Positions 1 to 13,500 are shown, numbered from the stretch's first letter. The stretch: 64,000 bases of DNA from Ramazzottius varieornatus (GCA_001949185.1 BDGG01000014.1:124001-188000); one strand, 5' to 3'. Notes: generated from the sequence alone by a model not told the origin. Translations and numbers: made by a program.

Positions 1-1081
1 CTACGGTCGATACTGTGAATGTGACAACTTCTCTTGCGACCGCTTCAACGGCCTGGTCTGTGGTGGGCCGGACCACGGCACATGCGAGTGCGGGACTTGT
101 GTCTGCAAGCCGGGCTGGACTGGAGCCGCTTGTGAATGCTCGACGTCCATTGAGACGTGTCAAAGCAAAGACGGAGTAAGTCTTGTGGCAAATGTATCTG
201 AATGGAAATTGACATTATTAGGGAATATTTATTTTCTGATGGGGCTTTTTTTCAGAACATTTGTAACGGTCACGGAAAGTGTGTCTGCGGCGCATGTGTT
301 TGCGACGTCAACGAGGACGGTAACCCCGAGTACTACGGACCAACCTGTGAAAGCTGCCCGACATGCCCGGACGAATGTTACAAGTTGAAGAACTGTGCGC
401 AGTGTCATGGCTTCGGGACTGGGGCACTGGCCGACGACGACGATGCAACCTTCTGTGCCAGAAACTGTAGTGCCACCTACAATACGACCCAGTTTACCCA
501 TGCCGACGAACTCGTTGGTACGTTCTCCGGCTAATCTTTTTTAAACCGAAATATCGAGAATAATGAAACAATCGTGCTTTGTTTTTTTAGTGGATATGCC
601 GGGAGAAAAGATCTGTCAGTTCCGTGATGAAAGCGACTTTTGTACATTTTTCTTCTCCTACTACGAGATTCCTGGCACTATCAATGGACGCATGGTGGAA
701 ATCCAGAAAACCAAAGGTCAGCTCTTCTTGGATCTATACTCTCAACTGCAATTCATGGGTTGATTAGGTGTGACTGTGTAGTTTGTCCGGAAACCGTGGG
801 TGCCTGGGCGGTTATCCTCGGTATCATCGGCGCAGTGTTGGCTGTCGGTATGGCGCTTTTGCTGATATGGAAGATCTTGACCATCATTCATGATCGGCGA
901 CAGCTGGCCAAGTTTGACGCTGAAGTGGAGAACGCCAAGTGGGATACGGTAAGGGAATGAATTTTGCTCTTTGTCGACTTGAACCTGTCGAAGAAGTTCG
1001 TGTGGCCTTTTACAGAGTGGAAACCCCATTTTCCGACCGGCCACCAACACCTACCGCAATCCAGTATATGTTAACCGATAG
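1..1081 (+). CDS. Integrin beta subunit, 3' portion (I-EGF repeats, beta-tail, TM, cytoplasmic tail); exons ~1-175, 256-517, 591-716, 782-948, 1016-1081
   Basis: Cys-rich repeats ([33 protein letters not shown]), TM segment [22 protein letters not shown], juxtamembrane IHDRR..AKF..E..NAKWDT, tail [21 protein letters not shown]; GT-AG junctions join in frame. Confidence 0.96.
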
Positions 1082-1664
1082 GAAGTGTGCGGGAAATTGT
1101 TTCTTGACTGCCTTACAAGCCAAAAGGACCACGGAAAAAAGTCTTCTAGAAAGAAGACAAGGGTTTCGACAAAAGATTGGCAGCTGTTTTACAAGCAGCG
1201 TTTGTTGCGTGTCTTTCACCACTTTGTGCCCCAATTAACTGACTGATATGTCCGACTAGAAAAATACTACTTTTTACCACTGTTTGTGCATCTAGAACTT
1301 TTCGTCTAAACTTTTATCTGTTTTATCGGCGTTTTCATCTTTAACTTTTCTCTCACTTTTTTTCCCGAGTTGTTGGTTTTATGCATTAATCTTTCAGTCA
1401 TTCTGACGTTGGTCACTAACTTTTGCGTTCTTTTATCTGCCTCTGTTTTTTTCTCTCCTGCCTGTATGGGGTTTTTTGGTGTTTCTAATTATGATTCATG
1501 TGCGTTTGAAGCCTTCGAGCTTCTCTCCGTTTGATCCTTCTGATTCATTTTGTACTAATCCCATATTTGGCTAGCGGTAAACACGTGTTTTACGTGTCTA
1601 CGGAGTTGTCAGTTCCTCTAACCTTCGCGTACGTCCGTACCGCTTGTACGTATGCAGAAATTAA

Positions 1665-2185
1665 CACCTTGAGCACGGGGCGGGAAACTCACTTTCCCGG
1701 CGCACACTCATTTGTGCGTAGCGAGTTTCCAGTTTACCTTTTGCTCCACGTTTTTTTCCGTTTGCCCGGACAATCAACTCTTCTTGAAACTAAAACTAGC
1801 GGCTACTGCACGCTGGCTCTGCAAACCTGTGTGGAATTTTTTCCTTTCGCAACGGGATTTCGGCGTAGCCAGCAAATTACTTTCCAGCCAGGCTCTCAGT
1901 TAGTCCAGAGTTACCGAAATGTTGCGCGAGCCCAAACATTTTGGTATCTTGCGACAGTTTCAGATTCGTGGAAAGATCTGCTCAGTGGTCATTAAAAAAA
2001 CATTGAAGCCTGGTCGTTTTGAGTTGGCAGGTGGCGCACTCTACATCATATTCCAAAATTTTGGCCAATCGATGAGGTGGTGATCGGTCCAATTTGGCAC
2101 CGCCTCCAAGTTTTAACCAGTTGAAACAAGGCGAAAGTGACCGCATCGTATTCTGAAAGTACGAAATCGCGCAGTGCTTAAGGTG
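1665..2185. mobile_element. Non-autonomous piggyBac-like element (MITE)
   Basis: TIRs CACCTT(G/A)AGCAC at both ends, flanked by TTAA at 1661-1664 and 2186-2189. Confidence 0.7.
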
Positions 2186-2561
2186 TTAAGTTATGTACGT
2201 TGAGTTATGTACACCGTGATCGACAGAACGTACCTTAGCTGGTTGCCGAACAGCCTCGACGGCCTCCCAATCGGACGTACCCATGCTTGTACAGCAGCCA
2301 GTGCTTCCTGTTCTTCGTGCTGTGATACCCGGCTTCCCTAATAGCCAGCAGAGGCGTCCCATGCTTTTCCGGCGGGACTAAACTTTAGCCATGACCTGAT
2401 AACCCTTGGTGGAAATTCATGTAGGCAAAGCTTGCAGTCAAGCTGGGCGGCAGCCTCGTAGAAACAAGTCGCACTCAGTATGCACTGTGCCGACGGACTG
2501 TGTGCATTTGAGGCAGTTTGAGGGTCTTGGACAGTCTGCAGTGCGGAACCACGTTCGAACC

Positions 2562-4124
2562 ATGGCGGAAGGCCGAAAGGCCGCAGAACGCATCATCATA
2601 ATTCTACTGCCTCTTCTGTCGCTTGTTTTCTGCAGCTGGCTTTGCATCGACATTGGTGACTATTTTGTCAACGGCGAAGCCGCCACTGGACCAAACCTAC
2701 TGAGCGTTAAGAATCGAGCCGCCAAGTTCGCAACCTTCCTGGCCTATTTTCGTTCGCAATTTTCGGCCTTCCATGCCACAGCTACTTTCACCGCCTTTCT
2801 GTTCCGAAGATGTCGGATGCGAAAGACCATGTTGCAAATGCGAAGAACGGAAAAGTTCTTCTCTCTTGCGCAATGGGACCCGCCAGTAGCGGCCGGACGC
2901 TGCTTCCAGAAATATGTCTGGTTTCTCTTGGCCATTTTAACGATCGTAACATTCGCTCGCCATACCTATTTAATGTACACTATCCTTGTATCTCGGCAAG
3001 ACTTCTCGGAAGACAGCATCATCCCATATTTCGTATGGAGGCTGAGCAAAGGCCATCTCTCCCTTATCCTGCAGTCCCTCGTGCTTCTCGAAGATGTCTC
3101 CATGCTGATGATCTATCGCCTCGTCCTTTCCCACAGCAGTGTCGCTATTGAAATACTCGAGACAATCAGCCAGAAAATACAAACTACAGCCATCGTCTGC
3201 AAAAAATCCAGCTTGATCAGTAGTACCTTCTCCAAGACGGTTTTACCACAGCTGATTGACCTGGAAAACGCGGCAGTGGGAATAATTCGAGCTTTGGACT
3301 GGGCTTTCCGTTCTGTCATCGGCTGTACTGTGGTGGGGAACGCTCTCAGTCTCTCGTCGGTCATTTCCCAGTGTTTTCTGTCCGAGTCATTCAAGACACT
3401 GGAGGACTACTGTTTGTTCATCTCGGCCATTACTCAGTTGGTCCTGGCAATAAGCCTGGTGTTAGTTGGGTTCGCAGCGGTCCACAGCCAGGTACTGTAC
3501 TGCTTACCACATTATCGCGCACCCAACCACGTGAACAGTAAACGAGGCCCGGGTCAGAGACATAAAGGCTGTGAACTGATACCCTGGGCACTGGGCAACG
3601 ATATCTCACCCCGTGGTCCAGTGCGCGATAAACTGGGGGGACGACAGTCCTGTATCTTCAAATCTTTTCAAACCGTTTTTCGATAAGGCTTTTCGCTCTC
3701 AGAGGTTACGGGATATGGATCTGTGCAACGAGCTGGTAAAGTCTCGGCAGCTGGCTCGTACTCAAGCACCTGGGAAGATTACAGCTTCTGAGGAAGGTCA
3801 AGTGTTATTGGTGCTGACTTCTGTCTTCGCCAAACGACCTCGATCAGTCACTGTTGCAGGCGTGGTTGGTATCACCTACTCTCTAGGGTTTAAAGTAAGT
3901 TTTGCAAGACTACGAGCACGCATTCTGAACGTAAGGTACGAGTGTGATTGATGGACCATTATGGCCACTGTTTACAGATATTCATGGGCTTCCTCGGGTT
4001 GATCTGTTTTATGATCGAGCAACAAGAGCACCATCAACTGAGAACCCACTACATTCAAGAACAGGCTGCTCGCCAAGAGTACGCTCAGGCGATGGCTTGC
4101 CTATCCGTTGTCCAAGCACTCTAA
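2562..4124 (+). CDS. Gustatory receptor-like 7TM chemoreceptor; exons ~2562-3491, 3688-3894, 3978-4124
   Basis: Long hydrophobic first exon, two short phase-0 3' exons, C-terminal VTVAGVVGITYSLGFK|IFMGFLGLICFMIEQ resembling the GR TM7 signature. Confidence 0.75.
3495..3648. mobile_element. Short degenerate MITE of the pogo-like family seen at 16310-16915, inside GR intron 1
   Basis: Ends ctgtactgct..ttatcgcgcacccaaccacgtgaacagtaaa and gtggtccagtgcgcgataaactg..cag match the TIRs of 16310-16915. Confidence 0.65.
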
Positions 4125-5189
4125 ATCTCGTCTATAACTGCCCCAGCCAGCGGTTTCTGTAATGTTCATGACAGAAGCCTAATATTTTCTATGTAACAAC
4201 ACCGTTAGAATATCTGTGACGAATACGCAAACCAATTCGCAAGTTTAGCCAGCACATAATTATGATGCAATGGGCTCAGATTGAGAAGCCCATGTTGACT
4301 TAAAAGTCGTAGCCGCGATTGCTACCGTGGCGGTATGGCGATACCCATTTTTCGCGGGGATGAGGGGAAAATCAGTATCTCATCCTCAGGCTTGGACGCC
4401 ACAAAGTTATCCGTGGAATGGATCTGACCGATGGGCTCAAAGGCAGCAGTTCATCCAACTTATCCCATGAAGCTGAATCGGTCTCACATTTTCAATTATG
4501 ATAAGCTCTGTTTCGCTCGAATGATAGCCAAGCTTAGCGTTGTATAAAAAAAAATCGAAAAAGGAGACAAGCGAGCCACGAGAAAAGGCGATAAAAGTAA
4601 GGCCTTCACCGCCTAAAACACCAAAGCCACCGCCTTTGATGAAATTAGTATCAATTCAATCAATTCGAAGTCTCCTTACGGAATAATTTCCTAATGTACA
4701 GTCACCACCTCGAAAAGATTGACTAGAATGTGATCATCATGACGGTCACCAGTGCGAAAGCAACGGGAACTGAGCCTTCACCCACAGCCGGCGAACAAGT
4801 TGCTCAGGCGCAGCCCTATAGGTGATTTCTGACCGAGTGATCGGAGGAGGCTGATCGAATGTTTCGCTTTTGCTACATTTGACCTGTCCTCAGACGGCGG
4901 GTTCTTCCCTTTGTCAAATTTCGAAAACGATATTCTAAGGCGGTGTGGAATGAATTAACAGTAGTTGGCTTCCGAAAAAAGCGGTGTCAGTAGCTTTTTA
5001 GGCGGTCCCAGGCGGTGGCTATAGCTGTCAGGCGGTTTGGGCCGTTATGGTCGGAAACTGATTTCGGTGTCAGTCAGGATATTGGCTTCGGTCGAGCGTG
5101 CGCGTTGCGCGAAGTGCATTGCTGCTGAATGTAACGCAAACATTCTGGCTGCTTGTTCGAGCATCATGGATCCGAAAACTTGTCTTGGC

Positions 5190-8100
5190 CTAAGTGTTTG
5201 GTTTCGGTTTCGGTCTTGATCCGAGGAGTGGCCGTGACTTTCCGCCGAAGTGGTTTTCACTACGCTGCCATCTTGGACGCAGTTCGTAGCTATAGTCAGT
5301 ATCAGGCGATATCTCTTGAAGCTGAAAGAACTTGGCTTTGAGAATCGTATCCACCGTTGGTCTCACGTTGGGGTCGTAAGCGAGGCATTCGTTTATCAAG
5401 CGTAAAGCATCGTCTGGAAGATTCTTCGGCAGCTCTGGTAATTTTTTCTCCTTAACGTGTCGAACAAATGCCGGGTTGATCTGACCGTAGTATTGCGAAG
5501 GAAAGGTTTCGGTGCTTCCTGCGGCGCAGTACTTCAACGGCTGGCCCATGAACATGTGGCTTAGAACGAAGCCGAAACACCAAATATCCACGGCCTGCAA
5601 GTCGTAAATGTAGATTGGATCAGCGCTTGACGCGTCCATGATCGTCATGTTCTCCAAAATTTCTGGTGGTGCGTAGCGTAGAGTGGATTTGCTGGGTAGC
5701 GTACCACAATACTCGATATTTTGCAGACACAGCATGTCGTCGAGGTCCCCTATCTTCATCACACAAGCTTCTTGATCCGGACAGGATAGAAAGATATTGT
5801 CGCATTTGATGTCAAGATGGTGAATATCGTACTCGTGAAGGTACTGAAGCCCGAGTACAACTTGTCTACTCCATTTTATGATCAAATGAAGAGGTAGACG
5901 ACCTCCTTCTGCCGCAGTGGTGAGCGTGCCTCCTGCAAGTACCCCAACTACGTAGACGATGGATGCATTATATTAATACTAAACGGCTACTTTAAACTAC
6001 CGATCACTTCGGACATACGTCGTACATTTTGACCGTAGGTATCTACATTGTATCAGGTGGGAAAGTATGACTTCTCGGCTATTTTCAGGCACCAACTTCG
6101 AATTTCTTTTTCTTCCGTTTGCCCCGGACTTTTGCTCCCAAACTTTTTGCAAAATGATCTACCAACCATCGGCTTCCAGATTTACTCCGAACCATCCAAA
6201 ACATTCGTACTTCGCTAGTTGGAAGGTCGTTTTAACGAAGGCGGATTCTTGTCAAAATCCCGGTATTTTCGCGGAGAACAATTTTCGTGAGCGCCCAGAT
6301 CCCTCCAGAAATTTTGTATCTTAAAACTATAGTCCGACAAGTTTTTTCTCAAAAACAGTGCCCAGTATCCTTGAAGAGCGTTCACTGCCCAAGCTTTCCG
6401 GGTGGGAACCCAAACGAAATTTCAAATATTCATTCGTGTGTTCTGGGAGCAGAAACAGCTCGACCTCAAATCAGCTTTGAGTAGAGATACAACATGCTCT
6501 GGGGTGTCTATTGAACAGCATAACATAACTTTTCTAGAAGTACGCGAGTAGGAAAAAATTTAGTTCTCGCTACCTCACTAAAGTGGCGCATCTCAAGGAT
6601 GGTTTCTGCGCTCGGAAACCAGAAATTCGTGTTTTTCCGATTCCATAAGTCGTAATATGAGAACTTCTGACTGTCATCGGACCTAAATTAGTTCTACACA
6701 ACGATACATTTCGTACTTGAGTCAGCTAATCCATGTTCAGTAGAAAAATTCTGAAAACAGGGCGGAAAAGCTTCCTCGAGTTGTGTCAAAATCGGCTTTC
6801 TCTCTCAGTTGTCAACATGTTAACTTAAGTCGTTCTGTGAAAGAACGAAGAGTGTCGGTTAAAAACACCAGACATGCGAGAGTATCGATAAACCAAAAAT
6901 TAAGTCCGCAAAACAAATGTTGAAGTGTCCCCTCGAAAACCGACAAGTCATACTTTCCCACCTGATATTTTACTTCAACGATCACGGGGCATAATGTGCG
7001 ACGTCTGTCCAAAATGATCGGTAGTTTGAAGTTTTAATCGGCTATGGAAGTCCATGTCTTATTTATCAAAGCTAAAATACCACAAAAGTACCTGCACAAT
7101 ACTCCAGGAAGAGGGTGCAGCGGGAAGGTTGCGCACTGTAGCCACCGGGGTTCACCGAATCGAAGCGGAAATCGAAGTACCTGACAATGTGAGGGTTGTC
7201 GAGTTTCAAAAGCAATAATGCTTGTCTTTGTACTCTCAACACCATCCCTCTGTTTTCCAATTCTTGATCAGGTAGTGGAATCTCTTTCAGCACAACTAGG
7301 CTATCCACTGCACTGTTTGTCCAATTAGCGAGGTGGAGCTTTGTACGACTGAAAGTAGCTTGTGGGAGGGTTCTGGCATCTCTGTAGAAAACATTCTCAT
7401 GCGGTACACCCCAGCGCAGCGCATCCTTTCTCGATCTCATGTAGAACTTGACTCTTCCCAAAACATGAAGTGCTATTGGTCTGCTAATAGCATCAAGATT
7501 GAGGCACTGCAGGACGGTCTCGACGACGGCCAACGATGCCGTTTTCAAGAATTCAGTCGTGTTCAGACTGATCGTCATAAAACTATCCGACAGTGCCTGC
7601 TGAGTCTTTTTGTCGTCGCAGTTCTGGATGGCTGATTTCAGCTTCACTTCTTCAGACTGAAATAGCATGGTTTCGCCCATCAACATCTCCAAGCAGAGGA
7701 TACCGAAGCTCCAAACCCGACTTGTCTGGCCGTCAACGCCCTTCTTCATTCTCGGACCGGGAACACACATGTGGAAGTCCAGTAGCTCGGGCGCAGCATG
7801 TAACAGCTGCCGAGGAGTAGCCATCTTCATCTTGATTTGTCCGTTCGTCGACTCGGTACTATTTAGCCACTGCCGAAAATCGAGTTTCAGACTGAATGAC
7901 AAGTCGTTTCGTTTCGTTAGTAAAAAGTTCTCGCTGCACAGCGGAAGAAGAAATGCGCTTGTTGACCTATCAAAATCAAATAGACTTACTGTTGAAACTG
8001 CGGCACATAATATTGATTGTTAGCTGGCAAAGAGAGAGAGAGAGCAAGGTAGCGCGGGTCGAATTCCTATACGCGCTCAGACTTGAGATACTCACGCAGC

Positions 8101-8664
8101 AGCTCCAGCTTCTCTAAGCAGGACGCGTTCTTGTTCATCGAGAAAACACAATGCTTTCAAGACTTGTTTCATAATGCTCAATAGAAGCCGGGACGTCATA
8201 TTGAGGCCAGGCAGCTCCTCCCGTAGTGTTCCATCTAAAAAAAGCAACTAAAGGTATAGTATCCTCTTAACCGATATGTCCCCTTCCGATGACATGAATG
8301 ACGCACCGGGGCAAAGCTCCATTTGAACTGAATTTGACAAGCAGCAATAACTGTAGAACGACACAAGACGTTTGATCTTCCTTGGACACACCCAGCCGCC
8401 TTCGATATCTTGCGGTCCAAAAGCAGCTGCAACAATCTTCATTTGACGATCTCGTTCGTCCTCGTTGTCAGCCAGGTAGTTTTCCGGCAGCACCTCCAGT
8501 GCGAAGTCGCCCCTTTCCGGATGCTGACGTGAGGATATACGGTACACTTCCCGGTTATTTCTGGCGTAAATGTTCTCCAGTCCATGGATGACCAAACTGG
8601 CATCGATTTTACGAAATCTTGTTTGGGACAAAGCAGACAATTGCAAACCTTCAGCAAACGCCAT
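5190..8664 (-). CDS. Tandem-domain protein kinase: N-terminal degenerate (pseudo)kinase plus C-terminal Ser/Thr kinase (MAP3K-like); exons ~8664-8307, 8234-8096, 8023-7990, 7933-7092, 5932-5190
   Basis: Domain 2: VVLKEI, HIVRYF, LFLEYCAGGTL, HHLDIKCDNIFL, KIGDLDD, YAPPE, DIWCFG, CLAYDPNVRPT. Domain 1: FALEV, MELCPDGTL, AAPEL, VWSFGILCLEM, CLNLDAISRP. Two junctions need a 1-nt correction. Confidence 0.8.
5989..7032. mobile_element. Non-autonomous TIR DNA transposon filling the large kinase intron
   Basis: Outer IR aaactaccgatca..ggaca.acgtcg.acatt and perfect inner IR TATCAGGTGGGAAAGTATGACTT / AAGTCATACTTTCCCACCTGATA; homologous along its length to 28572-29481. Confidence 0.8.
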
Positions 8665-11600
8665 CCGTGCGTGACTACGGGATTTTTAATTTTTTACCCT
8701 GACAGTCAAAGACTGACAACACCAAAGTACATTTGGCACTATTAAAACTTCGAAGTCGCACAGTGCAGGCGTAACAGAATGGAGCTCGTTTGCAGCACAA
8801 TGCAACGAGTGTGAATGCAAGTTTCATCTTTAGCAAGCCATGGCTTTGAGAACACACTACGAACGATAGCGTCATTGTTTGAAGAGATAACTTCGAGACT
8901 GAACGCCGCGATGACGTCAAATTTTTGATCAAGACGCTCGAATAAAGCCGGCCGGTTAGATTTACGTAATTCGCGGTATTTACGTTGAAGAACGCCGTTT
9001 TCGCTTCAAAGTGGTGTGCCACAGGAACCAACCATCCGGATGATGTCACTGTTGTTCCTGTCGTCTTTGCCACCTGCTTTCACCCAGATCCAACAATCTT
9101 TGCCGGTAGATTAAATAATTTGGCTCCGACACACCAATTGCATGCCAGGATGAGTTCTGCGTGTCTCTCTGACTCATTATATTAATTTTCGGTACCAACG
9201 AGTATCGTCCGCGATGAGAAAATTGTCATGAATTATCGCGTAGCTCCCTGTAACCACATAAGGCTATCACTTATGGTAACGCCGCCGTACAGGCAGGTTC
9301 GCCTGCAGCTCTTCTTACTGTAGGGCAGTAGAATCGCTTTGAAAATCTGCCTTATTTCTAAAGTACACTGTACAATGCCATTTCTCTCGGATCGTCTTTC
9401 GACATTGATCCGAGGAGCGCCTGACACGGAATTCATGTTTGTTTAGCCAGTCGATCCCTATGCGCAACACTCATCTGCCACTCCTTGTTCTGTGTAGACT
9501 CTGTCTCATGGTCAACGGCATAAAGAGAGTGGAGATTATCACAACAGTACTCGTAACCAACGCCACGGGAAACTCGATGCACAACTTGGGACCCGCCTTT
9601 GATCGCCGAACTGCGCAGTTCCAGGCGTACCATGGTCAGCACTTCAGCTTGAAACATACTTATCTCCTTGACGCGAACATCACGAACTGCTCAGACCTTG
9701 CCAGTCAAACGAGCCGCATGATAGCCGAGTGGTATTACAAGAAAAGAATAAACGCCGAAGTTTATGCTTTTGTATCTCCGGATAATTTAATACACTTTTC
9801 CCTGCCGTCAGGTAATTCCTTGCTTAACTCCCGCGAACTAGTTTCAGTTTGTTTGGGTTTGCCGAAGTGAACAGTCTGCTGACCAACTGGGACATCCTGA
9901 TGATAGGACGTAAGTCACACTTAGAAGTTAGCTCATGTAGTTCAGGGAGTACGGTACTGTTACCTCTTTCTTTTTAAAACACCAAATTACAGTACATCTT
10001 GTCTCTCTTGCTTTCTTCTGAATATCAACCGGTTCACTTGCACATGCGTTTCGAAATGCTGCTGCCCATGTGGCCGAGAAACTCGGGCAAAACTACGATA
10101 GAACAGTGTCACCGTAGCAACCCGTAAGTGTTAGCTGAGAAAACAACCGGCCCGTCTAAAATTGCACGATTCAGTCGCGCACTGCGGTATCAAAGCAGAG
10201 CCACTAAGCAGCTAATCGAGTGGAGTGTTTCGTTTTGTGGCTGAGTTTTCGTCCATTGCGATCGTACGCTTTAAGAAAGCTCAGACCAAACAGAAAACGG
10301 ATGGAGGCGAAGCCTCATTGGTACAGCTGGAAATTTTCCCGGCTTGAATCAATCGAGCCTGGCTCGATTCAATACTTCTGTTTTGTGCAAACGGCCATTC
10401 TGAATTTGCTCCTTGGAACATTTTGCTTTTCTGAAAAAAAACGATCCCTTTCTCGGTCAAGTTTCATGATCTGTTCTCCGTCTATGAGCGCTGTGCTCGG
10501 AGAGGTGACAAGAGTTTGCTCTGGAGCGAGGAATGCCACTGTCCAACAGATGGGAACGACGAAAGAATAGAAGGAATGGCGTCTAACTACCATTGTGGTG
10601 ATCTCGTTCGTTCCCGTCGCCCCGCGTGTTTTTGCTCGAGCTCGGCACGTCGACCTCAATGTGAGAATCCTACTTTCTTACCTGATGGCCTAAGATCTGT
10701 TTGACCATGAGTCGAAGAAACTGCAGACCATGTCGTTTGCAGTGGGATGCTGGCTTGGTACTGCTGATTGTACTAATTGTTGATTGACTGATTTTATTTC
10801 TGTTGCATTTTTCCTTTTTGAAGTGTTACTCCTGACTCGTGAAATGGACAAGAGTCTCAAGGACCATTAGCAACAACGACGGAGATCCGATCTGATGAGC
10901 GAGCTCGTGGTTCTATCAAGTAAGCAGACTGATGCATCGCGTCAAGCAGTTTCAGGTCGATAGGACTTCATATGTCGGCTGGCGTATATTCTAGCTGCTT
11001 GATGACTGATCACTGCTTGTTGTCCACAGGTCAACCCATCTGCAGTCGGAACATAACTTTCCTAACTTGTCTTTGCTTATCTTATCTGTTCTTGTCCGTG
11101 TTGTGACATATTTAGAATTTGTTCGAGCTCGACACGGTGTGACAGGATCCACGATTTCCAGTTTTCCATGTATATGACTTTCTCTGATCTTCGTCCGTCT
11201 TTCCGTCATATTTTATGCAGTTGCATACTTGTCGAAGTTTTGCGCGGTTTTGATGCGTTTCGAAGAAATTAAGTTTTTCACCGGAAATCATGTTTTTCGT
11301 GCTTTAGCCAGGAAAAACAGTAAAATCTGCGCCTGAATTACGCCATCTTTCTGCTCAAAAGAACATCCAATTCAAAGCTTTTCTGACACTGAGTAAACAT
11401 TATTTTGTGTTCCAAAACTGCCTGTTTTCAGATACAGAGAAAGCTCTTTTTGATAAAATGGAAACAGCATCTTCGATGCTTCTTTAGCTTATAAATTCAG
11501 CTTTTTCTCTATCTAAAAATAGGCTGTTTTAGATCCGGGCGGGTTACCCGCACCTTTGCAGGATCCATCGGCAATTAAATGTATGTGGGCTAAATGTGTA

Positions 11601-11896
11601 AAGGCGGAAAGACATAGAGTCCAAAAAAACGTACATGTGTTTCAAATGTGAACTAGTGAAAACGTTTGGAGAACGAAATGTTTGCTGGAAGGTAGCTGTG
11701 CGAAAGAGTGAATAGCCATACCGCTATAGGGAGATTTCAGGGCTACGTCTTTCGTACGTATTTTATGTGTAACAGCACCGTGAAATTAGGGACGCAGCTG
11801 CCCATCAAAAATTTGAACCAACGAAGATACATTGTGGTCGTGTCGCGGTCGATCCATAAGAAGATAGGTTTTCGGATTTTGAGAGAGCAATTACGC

Positions 11897-11992
11897 TGAC
11901 CTCTCTCACTGGTAAACTACGTCACAAAAGCAAGCTTCGACAACTTTACAGAAGCTTGCCTGTGTGACGTAACATACCGGTGGGAGAGGTCA
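11897..11992. repeat. Small palindromic MITE/hairpin
   Basis: tgacctctctcactggta..acgtcaca..gcaagcttc / gaagcttgc..tgtgacgt..taccggtgggagaggtca inverted arms. Confidence 0.55.
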
Positions 11993-12120
11993 CTGTACTT
12001 GAGTTTTGGGAACTTCGCTGTGCACTCATGATCATAGTTTTCCATATGGAATCAGAATATTTTATCCAAACAAAATCAAGTTAAGGAAGAAGACTTTGGG
12101 GGTGAGACGATCACCACGCT

Positions 12121-13500
12121 AGATCTCGAGGCAAACCTAGCTCACAGGCGGTCTAACTGCTGTAGCCAAACCTCTGAATTCCCGGTTTCCGGCGCACCAT
12201 GATTAACGAGAAACTAAATGACATGATGCACCAGTTGACCCAGTCTGCCCTGTATAGCTTACAATGTTATGGTGCGCCGCTTGACCAGGGACACACCCGG
12301 CTCGTGCCGCCATTCCATAGACTTTACGGTACAATGGTATGCTGCGCGGAATTAATCTGTAAGAAATTAGGTTAAAGGAATTAGGCTGCATTATTGAGTT
12401 CGTTTTCTGCTGCGTGCTACCAACAAGAGCCACTGTGCTAGAAGATTCATAATGAACCCATAACAGTATTATGTCGGTCCATTCCATCGTTACAGAAATG
12501 CTAACGAGTGTGCATATACAATTGGCGAAAGGAACTTGAGGACATGGCAAATCAATCAATCAAAAATGGCTGTATGACGTGACGTCACGGCAATCAAAAG
12601 CCTTGATCAACGTTCCCAGTTCAGTCAGCTGTTTCAGGCGTAACAGGTGTTCCTTTGTGAAACCGGGAGTCTTTCTGTGATCTCTGCTGTTATATCCATA
12701 GCTTCCTCTGTCATTGTGTTCTGTAGTAGTGTTTTGAATGCGTCGAGACTACATGTTGGGTGACGTGATGATTTCGATTCCAAGGAATGCTTTCCAATCA
12801 AGTCCATCAAACCTCTTGATTGCAATCCCGCCCCGGACTCCGCCTTCGTTCTGACCGCCTTCGCTCTGACCGCAATGGTATAGTTGCTGTTGCTGCTGGA
12901 GAATAGGAAGAAGCAATATCGATGTGGTCAAGTGGAAGGAGGTATGGGAACTGATGCTTCTTCTCTGGTGAAAAACTACTTTTTATACCTGAAAAGCTTT
13001 TGCGTTTTTTTGTTTTTCCGTAATTAGTCTCATTAATAGTATCATTGGGATTTCGGTGATTTTTTGCACGGTTCCGAACGGTGCGGCACGGTATTTCCTT
13101 CATCGCCAATTGATAATATTGACATTGGTAGATATCCTTGATACTGTTCGCGTGTTCGTTAAGCCGATCTTTTGTGCAAATGTCATTACAGCCCATTGTT
13201 TTCTTCGCGCATCGACATCCTTTTCCACACATCGGACACCGTCAATCAGCAAGTGTCTGCTCGTGTCTGCCGTTGTGATACCGGCAGTCTTTCCGTGATT
13301 TCTTCCGTGATATTCAAAGCTACCTCTGTCATTGCTTTCTGTAATAGAGTTTAGAATGAGTCGAGCCTACAGGGTGAGTGACGTGGTGATTAAGATTTCA
13401 AAGAATGCGTTCCGATAAAGTACATCAAATCTCTTGATTATAATCCCGCCCCGAACTCCGCCTCCGTTTTGGTTGTTTGATTTGCCATGTCCTCACGTTC
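12121..13500 (-). repeat. Composite transposon-derived segment, near-identical inverted copy of 24757-26040; includes Tc1/mariner transposase C-terminal relics and a Cys-rich relic
   Basis: Mirror ORFs (12203..12559- = 25471..25827+; 12807..13232- ~ 24798..25223+); LESKSSRHPTCSLDAFKTLLQ resembles the mariner/maT C-terminus; internal direct repeat 12650-12850 vs 13271-13470. Confidence 0.85.

Noticed and set aside
1531-1995. 154-aa ORF
   Set aside because: Runs into the piggyBac-like MITE, non-ATG start, no motifs
4590-5040. GGCGGT/ACCGCC-rich tract with a related patch at ~22530-22595
   Set aside because: Probably an old TE, but no termini or TSD could be defined
10560-10925. Possible kinase subdomain V relic (LLTREMDKSLKDH)
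   Set aside because: Too short and interrupted by stops to support a call
12203-12559. 118-aa ORF identical to 25471-25827
   Set aside because: Identity reflects recent DNA duplication, not protein-level selection; non-ATG start
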